NCBI GenBank assembly: GCA_964016885.1
Contig: OZ024745.1
Span: forward strand, 58,466,001 to 58,530,000
Origin: Eledone cirrhosa
Lineage: Eukaryota
Direction: 5' to 3'
Length of the DNA: 64,000 bases
The first letter of the stretch is position 1, and every line of letters begins with the position of its first letter. Positions 1 to 12,101 of this stretch are shown here, piece after piece. The position numbers were made by a program, and so were the translations under genes. The notes below the pieces were generated by a model. It was not told the DNA's origin. It did not search any database and saw only the letters and a list, made by a program, of their open reading frames with translations.

Positions 1-3000
1 AAGGCGTATAGGTGTGTGGTACTGGTGAAGGTGTGTAGGTGTGTAGTACTGGTGAAGGTGTGTAGGTGTGTGGTACTGGTGAAGGTGTGTAGGTGTGTGG
101 TACTGGTGAAGGTGTGTAGGTGTGTGGTACTGGTGAAGGTGTGTAGGTGTGTGGTACTGGTGAAGGTGTGTAGGTGTGTGGTACTGGAGAAGGTGTGTAG
201 GTGTGTGGTACTGGAGAAGGTGTGTAGGTGTGTAGTACTGGTGAAGGTGTGTAGGTGTGTGGTACTGGAGAAGGTGTGTAGGTGTGTGGTACTGGAGAAG
301 GTGTGTAGGTGTGTGGTACTGGTGAAGGTGTGTAGGTGTGTGGTACTGGAGAAGGTGTGTAGGTGTGTGGTACTGGTGAAGATGTGTAGGTGTGTGGTAC
401 TGGTGAAGGTGTGTAGGTGTGTGGTACTGGGGAAGGTGTGTAGGTGTGTGGTACTGGTGAAGGTGTGTAGGTGTGTGGTACTGGTGAAGGTGTGTAGGTG
501 TGTGGTACTGGTGAAGGTGTGTAGGTGTGTGGTACTGGAGAAGGTGTGTAGGTGTGTGGTACTGGAGAAGGTGTGTAGGTGTGTAGTACTGGTGAAGGTG
601 TGTAGGTGTGTGGTACTGGAGAAGGTGTGTAGGTGTGTGGTACTGGAGAAGGTGTGTAGGTGTGTGGTACTGGTGAAGGTGTGTAGGTGTGTGGTACTGG
701 AGAAGGTGTGTAGGTGTGTGGTACTGGTGAAGGTGTGTAGGTGTGTGGTACTGGTGAAGGTGTGTAGGTGTGTGGTACTGGTGAAGGTGTGTAGGTGTGT
801 GGTACTGGTGAAGGTGTGTAGGTGTGTGTTAATGGTTGAGATGTGGAGGTGTGTGGTACTGGTGAAGGTGTGTAGGTGTGGTACTGGTGAAGGTGTGTAA
901 GTGTGTGGTACTGGTGAAGGTGTGTAGATGTGTGGTACTGGTGAAGGTGTGTAGGTGTGTGGTACTGGTGAAGGTGTGTAGGTGTGTGGTATTGGTGAAG
1001 GTGTGTAGGTGTGTGGTATTGGTGTGTAGGTGTGTGGTACTGGTGAAGGTGTGTAGGTGTGTGGTACTGGAGAAGGTGTGTAGGTGTGTGGTACTGGTGA
1101 AGGTGTGTAGGTGTGTGGTACTGGAGAAGGTGTGTAGGTGTGTGGTACTGGTGAAGGTGTGTAGGTGTGTGGTACTGGTGTAGGTGTGGTGTGTGGTACT
1201 GGTGAAGGTGTGTAGGTGTGTGGTACTGGTGAAGGTGTGTAGGTATGTGGTACTGGTGTAGGTGTGGTGTGTGGTACTGGTGAAGGTGTGTAGGTGTGTG
1301 GTACTGGTGAAGGTGTGTAGGTGTGTGGTACTGGAGAAGGTGTGTAGGTGTGTGGTACTGGTGTAGGTGTGTAGGTGTGTGGTACTGGTGTAGGTGTGTG
1401 GTACTGGTGAAGGTGTGTAGATGTGTGGTACTGGTGAAGGTGTGTAGCTGTGTGGTACTGGTGAAGGTGTGTAGGTGTGTGGTACTGGTGAAGGTGTGTA
1501 GGTGTGTGGTACTGGTGAAGGTGTGTAGGTGTGTGGTACTGGTGAAGGTGTGTAGGTGTGTGGTACTGGTGAAGGTGTGTAGGTGTGTGGTACTGGTGAA
1601 GGTGTGTAGGTGTGTGGTACTGGTGTAGGTGTGGTGTGGTGTGTGGTACTGGTGAAGGCGTATAGGTGTGTGGTACTGGAGAAGGTGTGTAGGTGTGTGG
1701 TATTGGTGAAGGTGTGTAGGTGTGTGGTACTGGTGTAGGTGTGGTGTGGTGTGTGGTACTGGTGAAGGCGTATAGGTGTGTGGTACTGGAGAAGGTGTGT
1801 AGGTGTGTGGTACTGGAGAAGGTGTGTAGGTGTGTGGTACTGGTGAAGGTGTGTAGGTGTGTAGTACTGGAGAAGGTGTGTAGGTGTGTGGTATTGGTGA
1901 AGGTGTGTAGGTGTGTGGTACTGGTGAAGGCGTATAGGTGTGTGGTACTGGTGAAGGTGTGTAGGTGTGTAGTACTGGAGAAGGTGTGTAGATGTGTGGT
2001 ACTGGTGAAGGCGTATAGGTGTGTGGTACTGGTGAAGGTGTGTAGGTGTGTAGTACTGGTGAAGGTGTGTAGGTGTGTGGTACTGGTGAAGGCGTATAGG
2101 TGTGTGGTATTGGTGAAGGCGTGTAGGTGTGTGGTACTGGCGAAGGTGTGTAGCTGTGTGGTACTGGTGAAGGTGTGTAGGTGTGTGGTACTGGTGAAGG
2201 TGTGTAGGTGTGTGGTACTGGTGAAGGTGTGTAGGTGTGTGGTACTGGTGAAGGTGTGTAGGTGTGTGGTACTGGAGAAGGTGTGTAGGTGTGTGGTACT
2301 GGAGAAGGTGTGTAGGTGTGTAGTACTGGTGAAGGTGCGTAGGTGTGTGGTACTGGAGAAGGTGTGTAGGTGTGTGGTACTGGAGAAGGTGTGTAGGTGT
2401 GTGGTACTGGTGAAGGTGTGTAGGTGTGTGGTACTGGAGAAGGTGTGTAGGTGTGTGGTACTGGTGAAGGTGTGTAGGTGTGTGGTACTGGTGAAGGTGT
2501 GTAGGTGTGTGGTACTGGTGTAGGTGTGTGGTACTGGTGAAGGTGTGTAGGTGTGTGGTACTGGTGAAGGTGTGTAGGTGTGTGGTACTGGTGAAGGTGT
2601 GTAGGTGTGTGGTACTGGAGAAGGTGTGTAGGTGTGTGGTACTGGAGAAGGTGTGTAGGTGTGTAGTACTGGTGAAGGTGTGTAGGTGTGTGGTACTGGA
2701 TAAGGTGTGTAGGTGTGTGGTACTGGAGAAGGTGTGTAGGTGTGTGGTACTGGTGAAGGTGTGTAGGTGTGTGGTACTGGAGAAGGTGTGTAGGTGTGTG
2801 GTACTGGTGAAGGTGTGTAGGTGTGTGGTACTGGTGAAGGTGTGTAGGTGTGTGGTACTGGTGAAGGTGTGTAGGTGTGTGGTACTGGTGAAGGTGTGTA
2901 GGTGTGTGTTACTGGTTGAGATGTGGAGGTGTGTGGTACTGGTGAAGGTGTGTAGGTGTGGTACTGGTGAAGGTGTGTAAGTGTGTGGTACTGGTGAAGG

Positions 3001-5995
3001 TGTGTAGATGTGTGGTACTGGTGAAGGTGTGTAGGTGTGTGGTACTGGTGAAGGTGTGTAGGTGTGTGGTACTGGTGAAGGTGTGTAGGTGTGTGGTATT
3101 AGTGTGTAGGTGTGTGGTACTGGTGAAGGTGTGTAGGTGTGTGGTACTGGAGAAGGTGTGTAGGTGTGTGGTACTGGTGAAGGTGTGTAGGTGTGTGTTA
3201 CTGGTTGAGATGTGGAGGTGTGTGGTACTGGTGAAGGTGTGTAGGTGTGGTACTGGTGAAGGTGTGTAAGTGTGTGGTACTGGTGAAGGTGTGTAGATGT
3301 GTGGTACTGGTGAAGGTGTGTAGGTGTGTGGTACTGGTGAAGGTGTGTAGATGTGTGGTATTGGTGAAGGTGTGTAGGTGTGTGGTATTGGTGTGTAGGT
3401 GTGTGGTACTGGTGAAGGTGTGTAGGTGTGTGGTACTGGAGAAGGTGTGTAGGTGTGTGGTACTGGTGAAGGTGTGTAGGTGTGTGTTACTGGTTGAGAT
3501 GTGGAGGTGTGTGGTACTGGTGAAGGTGTGTAGGTGTGGTACTGGTGAAGGTGTGTAAGTGTGTGGTACTGGTGAAGGTGTGTAGGTGTGTGGTACTGGT
3601 GAAGGTGTGTAGGTGTGTGGTACTGGTGAAGGTGTGTAGGTGTGTGGTATTGGTGAAGGTGTGTAGGTGTGTGGTATTGGTGTGTAGGTGTGTGGTACTG
3701 GTGAAGGTGTGTAGGTGTGTGGTACTGGAGAAGGTGTGTAGGTGTGTGGTACTGGTGAAGGTGTGTAGGTGTGTGTTACTGGTTGAGATGTGGAGGTGTG
3801 TGGTACTGGTGAAGGTGTGTAGGTGTGGTACTGGTGAAGGTGTGTAAGTGTGTGGTACTGGTGAAGGTGTGTAGATGTGTGGTACTGGTGAAGGTGCGTA
3901 GGTGTGTGGTACTGGTGAAGGTGTGTAGATGTGTGGTATTGGTGAAGGTGTGTAGGTGTGTGGTATTGGTGTGTAGGTGTGTGGTACTGGTGAAGGTGTG
4001 TAGGTGTGTGGTACTGGAGAAGGTGTGTAGGTGTGTGGTACTGGTGAAGGTGTGTAGGTGTGTGTTACTGGTTGAGATGTGGAGGTGTGTGGTACTGGTG
4101 AAGGTGTGTAGGTGTGGTACTGGTGAAGGTGTGTAAGTGTGTGGTACTGGTGAAGGTGTGTAGATGTGTGGTACTGGTGAAGGTGTGTAGGTGTGTGGTA
4201 CTGGTGAAGGTGTGTAGGTGTGTGGTACTGGTGAAGGTGTGTAAGTGTGTGTTACTGGTTGAGATGTGTAGCTGTGTGGTACTGGTGAATGTGTGTAGAT
4301 GTGTGGTACTGGTGAAGGTGTGTAGATGTGTGGTATTGGTGAAGGTGTGTAGGTGTGTGGTATTGGTGTGTAGGTGTGTGGTACTGGTGAAGGTGTGTAG
4401 GTGTGTGGTACTGGTGAAGGTGTGTAGGTGTGTGGTACTGGTGAAGGTGTGTAGGTGTGTGGTATTGGTGAAGGAGTGTAGGTGTGTGGTACTGGCGAAG
4501 GTGTGTAGCTGTGTGGTACTGGTGAAGGTGTGTAGCTGTGTGGTACTGGTGAAGGTGTGTAGGTGTGTGGTATTGGTGAAGGAGTGTAGGTGTGTGGTAC
4601 TGGCGAAGGTGTGTAGCTGTGTGGTACTGGTGAAGGTGTGTATCTGTGTGGTACTGGTGAAGGTGTGTGGCACTGGTGAAGGTTTGTAGGTGTGGTAGTG
4701 GTGAAGGTGTGTAGGTGTGTGGTATTGGCGAAGGTGTGTAGCTGTGTGGTACTGGTGAAGGTGTGTAGCTGTGTGGTACTGGTGAAGGTGTGTAGGTGTG
4801 TGGTACTGGTGAAGGTGTGTAGGTGTGTGGTACTGGTGAAGGTGTGTAGGTGTGTGGTATTGGTGAAGGTGTGTAGGTGTGTGGTACTGGTGAAGGTGTG
4901 TAGGTGTGTGGTACTGGTGAAGGTGTGTAGGTGTGTGGTACTGGTGAAGGTGTGTAGGTGTGTGGTACTGGTGAAGGTGTGTATGTGTGGTACTGGTGAA
5001 GGTGTGTAGGTGTGTGGTACTGGTGAAGGTGTGTAGGTGTGTGGTACTGGTGAAGGTGTGTAGGTGTGTGGTACTGGTGAAGGTGTGTAGGTGTGTGGTA
5101 CTGGTGAAGGTGTGTAGCTGTGTGGTACTGGTGAAGGTGTGTAGCTGTGTGGTACTGGTGAAGGTGTGTAGGTGTGTGGTATTGGTGAAGGTGTGTAGGT
5201 GTGTGGTACTGGTGAAGGTGTGTAGGTGTGTGGTACTGGTGAAGGTGTGTAGGTGTGTTGTACTGGTGAAGGTGTGTATGTGTGGTACTGGTGAAGGTGT
5301 GTAGGTGTGTGCTACTGGTGAAGGTGTGTAGGTGTGTGGTACTGGTGAAGGTGTGAAGGTGTGGTACTGGAGAAGGTGTGTAGGTGTGTGGTACTGGCGA
5401 AGGTGTGTAGGTGTGTGGTACTGGTGAAGGTGTGTATGTGTGGTACTAGTGAAGGTGTGTAGGTGTGTGGTACTGGTGAAGGTGTGTAGGTGTGTGGTAC
5501 TGGTGAAGGTGTGTAGGTGTGTGGTACTGGTGAAGGTGTGTAGGTGTGTGGTACTGGTGAAGGTGTGTATGTGTGGTACTGGTGAAGGTGTGTAGGTGTG
5601 TGTTACTGGTTGAGATGTGGAGGTGTGTGGTATTGGTGAAGGTGTGTAGGTGTGTGGTACTGGTGAAGGTGTGTAGGTGTGTGGTACTGGTGAAGGTGTG
5701 TAGGTGTGGTACTGGTGAAGGTGTGTAGGTGTGTGGTACTGGTGAAGGTGTGTAGGTGTGTGGTATTGGTGAAGGTGTGTATCTGTGTGGTACTGGTGAA
5801 GGTGTGTATGTGTGGTACTGGTGAAGGTGTGTAGGTGTGTGTTACTGGTGAAGGTGTGTAGCTGTGTGGTACTGGTGAAGGTGTGTAGGTGTGTGGTATT
5901 GGTGAAGGTGTGTAGGTGTGTGGTACTGGTGAAGGTGTGTAGGTGTGTGGTACTGGTGAAGGTGTGTATGTGTGGTACTGGTGAATGTGTGTAGA
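1..5995. repeat. 27-bp G/T-rich minisatellite (GTACTGGTGAAGGTGTGTAGGTGTGTG)n with a local 289-bp higher-order period; lies in the PIG-S intron downstream of exon 13
   Basis: Unit read directly. The variant unit TTACTGGTTGAGATGTGGAG recurs at 289-bp spacing (ORF starts 2958, 3247, 3536, 3825, 4114). The array runs off the window start. Confidence 0.97.
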
Positions 5996-6004
5996 TGTGT
6001 GCAA

Positions 6005-6443
6005 TTGTGTTATGTACAAAGAAGAAGAGCTTCTTATGCTATGTACAGGAGAAATGAGCTTCAGCCATTCTCCCTCTAGGCAAGAACCATAGTTACAAAT
6101 TCTTCTGAGTGGGTAGCAGTGACAGTATATATGGTGGAGGCGTACTAATAATGGCAACTAGATGGATAAAGTGAATGAGGTGTGAGAATGTGCAATATGA
6201 CAATTAGGCTTGAACTAATGTTTCAGCTTTTATCTCTGCATATGCAACACAAGCTGTGTTTGTAGACAAACACAAGGACCACTTTTATGAAATTCTCTTG
6301 CAGATTACCTCAATGAAGAACTGATAATGACACCAGTACAGTATTTCAGTTGCAGACCTAATAGGCAACACCAAGACAAACTTCATTGTGCCTAGAGGTT
6401 TCAGCTTTGACATGAGAAATGAGCAAGTATCAAGTCTCCTGGA
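6005..6443 (+). mobile_element. Highly degenerate RTE LINE endonuclease (APE) remnant
   Basis: Broken translations such as YA.Q...HKDHFYE and GFSF.MRNEQ..LLE parallel the APE region of the RTE copy at 18120-19960. Confidence 0.55.
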
Positions 6444-6510
6444 AAATTATAATCTTGTGGGGAACAGAATTAACCTTTATTTAATAATGTTTTGCTTATT
6501 TTCTCTACAG

Positions 6511-6600
6511 GTTTTCAAGCTTCCAACAATCCCAATCTAAATATCATTGTTTATGTGCCAACACGAGACCAAAGTCCAATGTACATCAGAAACAATAAAG
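6511..6600 (+). pseudogene. Inverted duplicate of PIG-S exon 10; the duplicated block with intron flanks spans about 6443-6825
   Basis: 89/90 nt identical to the reverse complement of 16363-16452. AG at 6509-6510 and GT at 6601-6602 are retained. Flanks align to about 16180-16520. Confidence 0.93.
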
Positions 6601-7455
6601 GTACATAACTCTGTTTACTTTTGTAGCTGTAGTTTACTAGTTATTCTATTTCATATCAATACGGATGCATTGCTTCTAAATAATCAATCACCATCATCAT
6701 TATTTTATGTCTGCTTTAATATGCATATATTGTAATATTATTTTACTGTTTTCATATTATTTTGGTTATGATTTTTCCCATTTAAAATTGAAATCATAAT
6801 CCAACTTAGTTTATACTAAACTAGAAGCAGAAGGTTACAGAATATATACTCTGTATACCTGCATGCCAAGGATGAACATGCACTGGTACATTGATAAAAC
6901 AGACCCTGTACATTCTGTAAAGTGGTAGTGCCAGTGCCATTTAAAAACACACCCAGTACACTCTGTAAAGTGGTTGGCATTAGAATGTGCATCCAGCCAT
7001 AGAATACATGCAAATATGCAATGTATGAGCAAGATCAAGTCATTCTGACTCATCTGATCTCAGACTGTATCAACCTGTCCAACCCATACCAGAGTGAAAA
7101 GCAGACATAAAATGATGATAATGATACCCACTGTGAAGTGGTTTGCGTTAGGAAGGGCATACAGCAGTAGAAACTAGGCCAATATCAGAATGTATGAGGA
7201 AGATGTGGTAACAAGCCATCTAACATATGCAAGTATGGAAAATAGACATCATATGATAATAATGGTTCTTCTGATGTAGTTTTAATTTCATTTAACTGAT
7301 AATAGTATTTCATGTGGTGTTTTTAGCTAGTTTAGGCTTGTTATATGTTTTTGTTGGCTTGTATAAGGAAAAATTATATATAATGTATCACACCTCAGAT
7401 ATTGTGTGGACTATAAGGTCTTTGGTATGAAGAGTTTTCCTGTTGATAGAATTAA

Positions 7456-7675
7456 CTTTTAGTATTTAAACCAGCCATATCTGGCCAGAATTCTCTCACT
7501 TAATTCTGTTCAAACTGGCTTTAACCAGCCCCTCATACTGACATTAAGGTATTGTTCTCAAAATAAATAATATCAAAATCTCATAGATTCGATATTATGT
7601 GAAATAATTATGTGAGATAAAGTGTTTACCAAGAAAATACAATAGTAAATACAGAGTAATATAAATGTTAAAGGG
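7456..7675. mobile_element. TTAA-flanked MITE, piggyBac-type (diverged copy)
   Basis: TTAA C..TTTAG...TAAAGGG TTAA ends; body similar to 61417-61620. Confidence 0.7.
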
Positions 7676-8082
7676 TTAAGTATTTAGTCCACTACAGGGT
7701 ATATGGTACTAATTTATCTGGTAGACACAACTCAACAGAAACCAGATACTGTGGGTGAATGTGACATGATGAAGTTTGTCTTCTTAGTACCAGGATAGTG
7801 GGTGAGTTTTAATTTTAATTGTATTTAACTGTGCAATTGTATTTTGTGTGGTGTGTTTTGGCTGGATTAGGTTTGCTGTATTTAGTTGTTGAGTAGGATT
7901 GTGCAAGGACTGAATACGCATGTGTATCTTTTTTTCTCCCCAACTTTTTTCTTATTTTTCTTAACGAAACAGTAAGACTCTCTTCCTGCTATTTCAAGCA
8001 TTAAACTAATATATTTCTTCCATGAACTGTGCCGTTTGTTTTGTTATTTTTGTTATAACTTTTACATACATACATACATGTG

Positions 8083-8124
<42 letters not shown>

Positions 8125-8199
8125 CACACACACAAAGCACAAAGCTCCAAAGAGTTTCTGTCCATCATAGAAAGAAAAATATAAGAAACAACAACACAC

Positions 8200-8328
8200 C
8201 TCTTCTCCAATGGCGTCCTTGATCACAATATTACTGATCTCACCAAGCAGTTTGGCCAGTGACTGTAGAGTTGATGTAGAACTGACAATATTTTCAACAG
8301 CTCGAGATCGTAACCAGCCAGCAAGCTC
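8200..8328 (-). CDS. PIGS: PIG-S exon 13: ELAGWLRSRAVENIVSSTSTLQSLAKLLGEISNIVIKDAIGEE; the gene continues left of the window
   Basis: tag|GAG...GAG|gtgtgt, 129 nt, phase 0-0. Matches the conserved PIG-S segment EL..L...R.VEN......TL.SLA.LLG.ISNIVIKD (recalled from human PIGS). Confidence 0.96.
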
Positions 8329-9162
8329 CTACAAAAACAAAATAAACAAAATAATGACATTGTTTCTGGAAACATTGCATGTAAAATTAATCATGTCTGT
8401 TTGACCAGCTCTCTTTAACTCTTTCTCTCTCTCTTTCTTTCTTGTTCTCATCTACCAGTTTATCTACTTCGCTATAAACCTGTTTATCTATCAATCTGTC
8501 TAAATTTTACTTGTTCCTCTGTCTCTGCTCCTCAGATTTACCTTCTATCCTTGTTTTCCTCTCATTAGCTACACATCTCCCCCCCCCCCCCTCCCCCTCT
8601 CTCTATCAAGCGCACATAAAATCTGCTCTTTCTTCACCATCTAGCTTTTTTTTTTCTTTGATAATCTATTCTAACCCATGCTAGCGTGGAAAAATGATGA
8701 TGATGATGATGATGATTAAAACCCAGTTGTTTTATTTCTCATAGAAGCATATAGCTTGAAGCACATGCCTCTTCTTCCTTCAATTTCTGCTTTGTTCTTG
8801 TGTTTAATTGGCTTATATACAAAGAAATTCACATGAACAATTAATTTCCTATCATAATTAGACGTGGAATGTGTTTTTGCGAGAAAGAGATGGCATGATA
8901 AGCAACTGCAGGGAGGTGAATACATAATTCAGGGACAGACACTGCTGCCAACACAGAAAAAAAATGAGAAAGGAAAGAAAGATGCTGTTACTGAAAGAAA
9001 AGAATAAAAATATACATTAAGCAAATAACAGTGTATCATATGTCTAAGTAGCTGACAACATGTATTTCAGTTCAACAGAGAAGAAAACAGAGCGTTAATT
9101 TGTTTGTCTGCCACTTATAATTTTGTAACATGTTATTGTTGTAATTGGTGTTAGTTACAGTT

Positions 9163-9447
9163 GTGGAGGTGTGTGGCCTAATGGTAAGGGTGTTAGACTT
9201 GCGATCATGATGTCATGGGTTCGATTCCTGGGTTGGGTCGCATGTTGTGATCTTGAGCAAAACACTTCATTTCACGTTGCTCCAATATACTCAGCTGAAA
9301 TAAGTACCAGCTATAGCTGGGGGTTGAACCCTGCAATGGATTGGCATCCTGTCCAGTGGGGTGTCTTGTACTCTCAGTCACTTCACACAATGAAACCAGG
9401 ATAAGCCCCAGCCTAATCAACCTTAAATGGCTTAAGACAGACTTTAG
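9163..9447 (+). mobile_element. tRNA-headed CORE-type SINE; relatives at about 21845-22125 (-), 52775-53050 (+), 58955-59200 (+)
   Basis: A-box TGGCCTAATGG, B-box GGTTCGATTCC, then CORE-like TGTGATCTTGAGCAAAACACTT; several dispersed copies in the window. Confidence 0.8.
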
Positions 9448-10243
9448 TTAGTTACAGGCTCAGAGTGGTTGTAACTAACAACAAACTGCTAAATTAGCCA
9501 GTCAATAAATAGAGATTGGTAAACTAAGTACTAGACTGAAATAAGTACTGGATCAATATGACTGACTAAATCTTTGAAAGTAATGACCTAGCATTGCTGC
9601 AGTCCAATGACTAATATAAGTAAGAGAGTAAGTGTACACATTATACAAATTTTAAGAAAACTATTGACAAAGAAAAATAAAATAAAGTTGAACCACACAT
9701 CTAATATAATATAATGTGCATTTATTGATTTCTTTATTTAGAGAAAGGGTTGCGGATGGAAGAATTGATAGAATGTTAAACAAATGCTTGAGTTACATCT
9801 TTGTCTGTTTTGTGTTTAAACCACACATAGACTCATTGTCTTTCCTACTTCCAGGGTCAATAAAATAAGTACCAGATATATTTAATCTTCTATATACTGC
9901 CTCTAAATGGATGGCCTTGAGCATGCATTAGAAATCATAAATTTTATGATGAGAACAAGAGAGAAACTGTCTGTCTATTGTTGCTGTTGGCAGAGATGCT
10001 GGTGGTGTTTAGTCTCAGGTTAGTCTCAATCAAGTAAACATATATGTTCAAAAGCATTCCAGCTGTGATCATCCCATCTATTTCCCAGGTATACTACACT
10101 AAGGGCCTCATTATTTAATGTATCCTTCTTTGGTAGTGTGTAATTTGAGTAAAATTCCACTACTATTTCTAACAGGTTGAATGACCATGTAAATTCACCC
10201 CTCAGTGTCTTGTATATGTATGACTGAAAAACATGTCAGTTAA

Positions 10244-10428
10244 CCCTTTAGCATTCACATTACTCTATATATACTATTATATAACATAATATCGAATCTA
10301 TGAGATTTTGAAAGTATTTATTTTGAGAACAATACCTTAACATCAGTTTGAGTGACCAGTTACAGCCAGTTTCAACAGGAAAAAGTAGAGAATTCTGGCC
10401 GGTTTTGGTTAGTTTGAACATTAAAGGG
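10244..10428. mobile_element. TTAA-flanked MITE, piggyBac-type
   Basis: TTAA|CCCTTTAGCATT...TTAAAGGG|TTAA. Confidence 0.78.
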
Positions 10429-10650
10429 TTAAGAAAGGTATTTTGTGCTGTGTTGTCCATTAAGAAAAAAAATTATAGGTGCAATAATACGGTCTGATCA
10501 AACCTATATATGAAGTTTGATAGTATACAGTTATATAACTGCTATAGATCAGACAATATGTCAATATGATCAACCCTCCGAAACAATCATAAAACAATGA
10601 TATGAATAGGTAAAATAACTCAACTTTGTTGTTATTATTTTCATTGTTAA

Positions 10651-10834
10651 AGGCGGTGGATTGGCAGTATCGGTAGAGGGTCGGACACCATGCTTTCCAG
10701 CATAGTTACGTCCCTTTACGATCTGAGTTCAAATCCGAGGTTGACTTTGCCTTTCATCCTTATGGGATCGATAAAATAAAGTACCAGTAATGCACTGGGT
10801 AATTGCTGGCCTTGTGCCTAACGTAGAAACAATT
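10651..10834 (+). mobile_element. tRNA-derived SINE, family A, with an 18-bp TSD
   Basis: GGCGGTGGATTGGCAGTATCGGTAG head, GAGTTCAAATCC B-box, 3' end ...GTAGAAACAATT. ATTATTTTCATTGTTAAA is duplicated on both sides. Confidence 0.88.
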
Positions 10835-10944
10835 ATTTTCATTGTTAAATTAATACCTAATGTATATATATATATATATATATCATTATCATCATTGTTT
10901 AACGTCCATCTTCCACACGCTAGCATGGGTAGGACAGAATTATA

Positions 10945-11565
10945 TACTCGAGAGAAGGCTACGCTGGTATGGTCACGTGATGCGCATGAAAGACGACAGC
11001 TGTATAACAAAGTGCAGGGCAATAAAGATAGACGGTAGCTACGGAGTAGGCAGACCCAGAAAAACCTGGGACGAGCTGATAAATTCCGACCTCACACACT
11101 TACACCTCTCCAAGACAATGTCACTGGACCGAGACCTTTGGCGGTACTCAGTAATAGAGAAGACCCGCCTTACCTAAATACAAAGTAAAACCTACTACAG
11201 TCAGTAGGCATCTCTAACAAAATACACCCATGTCCCACCACCCCCACCCCATCCACATCGCCCCTTTCAATGTAAAGTTATGTTGGTGCCACAACATCCA
11301 GGTCAAAACAAATGAGATCGTGTAGGTGTCACGACAAAAAAACACACAGTCCACGCTGTAATGTGGCCGTGTAGGCAACACGGTAAAAACCTCCCAGCCC
11401 CACACTGTAAATGTGGTTGGTGTTAGGAAGGGCATCCAGCTGTAGAAAACCCGCCAGACAGTCCTATGCGAGCAAGACAATCACTCTTGCCTCAAGTGGG
11501 AAAACCCCCGTCCAAACCCATGCAAGCATGGAACACGGACGTTAAACGATGATGATGATGATGAT
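10945..11565 (+). mobile_element. 5'-truncated RTE LINE 3' end with (GAT)n tail
   Basis: LERRLRWYGHVMRM...GRPRKTW motif; near-identical to 43565-44166. Confidence 0.92.
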
Positions 11566-11575
11566 ATATATATAT

Positions 11576-12070
11576 CAAGTAAGTATGTTTTGAAACAGTG
11601 AGCAAGTTTGAAATTAGAAATAGAAGCTTTCACCGTATTTTTTTACTAAAGAAATTTTAGCCTGATAGTGGGGTTTATAACCCTCAGAGATAACCAAAGA
11701 TGTGGGTTCGACTCCCATGTACGTCAATACTCATCTTTTTCCATTTCTCTGAGGGTTATAAACCCCACTATCAGGCTAAAATTTCTTTAGTAAAAAAATA
11801 CGGTGAAAGCTTCTATTTCTAATTTCAAACTTGCTCCCTGTTTCAAAACATACTTACTTGTCATCATACTTACTAATAATATAGCTTCTAATTTGAATGG
11901 AAGGAGATGGGTGATGTGTTGGTAACACAGTGGTCTGGATAACCAAAGATGTGGGTTCGACTCCCATGTACGTCAATACTCATCTTTTTCCCTTTCTCTG
12001 AGGATTATAAACCCCACTATCAGGCTAAAATTTCTTTAGTCAAAAAATACGGTGAAAGCTTCTATTTCTA

Positions 12071-12076
<6 letters not shown>
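11576..12076 (+). mobile_element. Non-coding 249-bp-period element with a tRNA-like core, a 115-bp inverted arm and a partial tandem copy, embedded in (TA)n; Penelope-like architecture
   Basis: 11576-11690 is the reverse complement of 11746-11860 (1 mismatch). 11689-11827 is repeated directly at 11938-12076. B-box GGTTCGACTCC in a T-arm-like hairpin is followed by TTTTT. Confidence 0.7.

Positions 12077-12101
<25 letters not shown>

Noticed and set aside
16-5994. Cys/Val-rich ORFs (VLVKVCRC)n and their His/Thr-rich antisense ORFs
   Set aside because: These are translations of a 27-bp minisatellite; the frames break at unit-length variants and there is no gene structure.
11905-11990. Functional tRNA gene
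   Set aside because: T-arm and anticodon-like arms are present, but there is no convincing acceptor stem or D-arm; treated as tRNA-derived.
11655-12070. Hammerhead ribozyme in the 249-bp element (CTGATAG.. or CTGAGGA..GAAA)
   Set aside because: I could not build stems I-III around the core by eye; it needs a covariance-model search.
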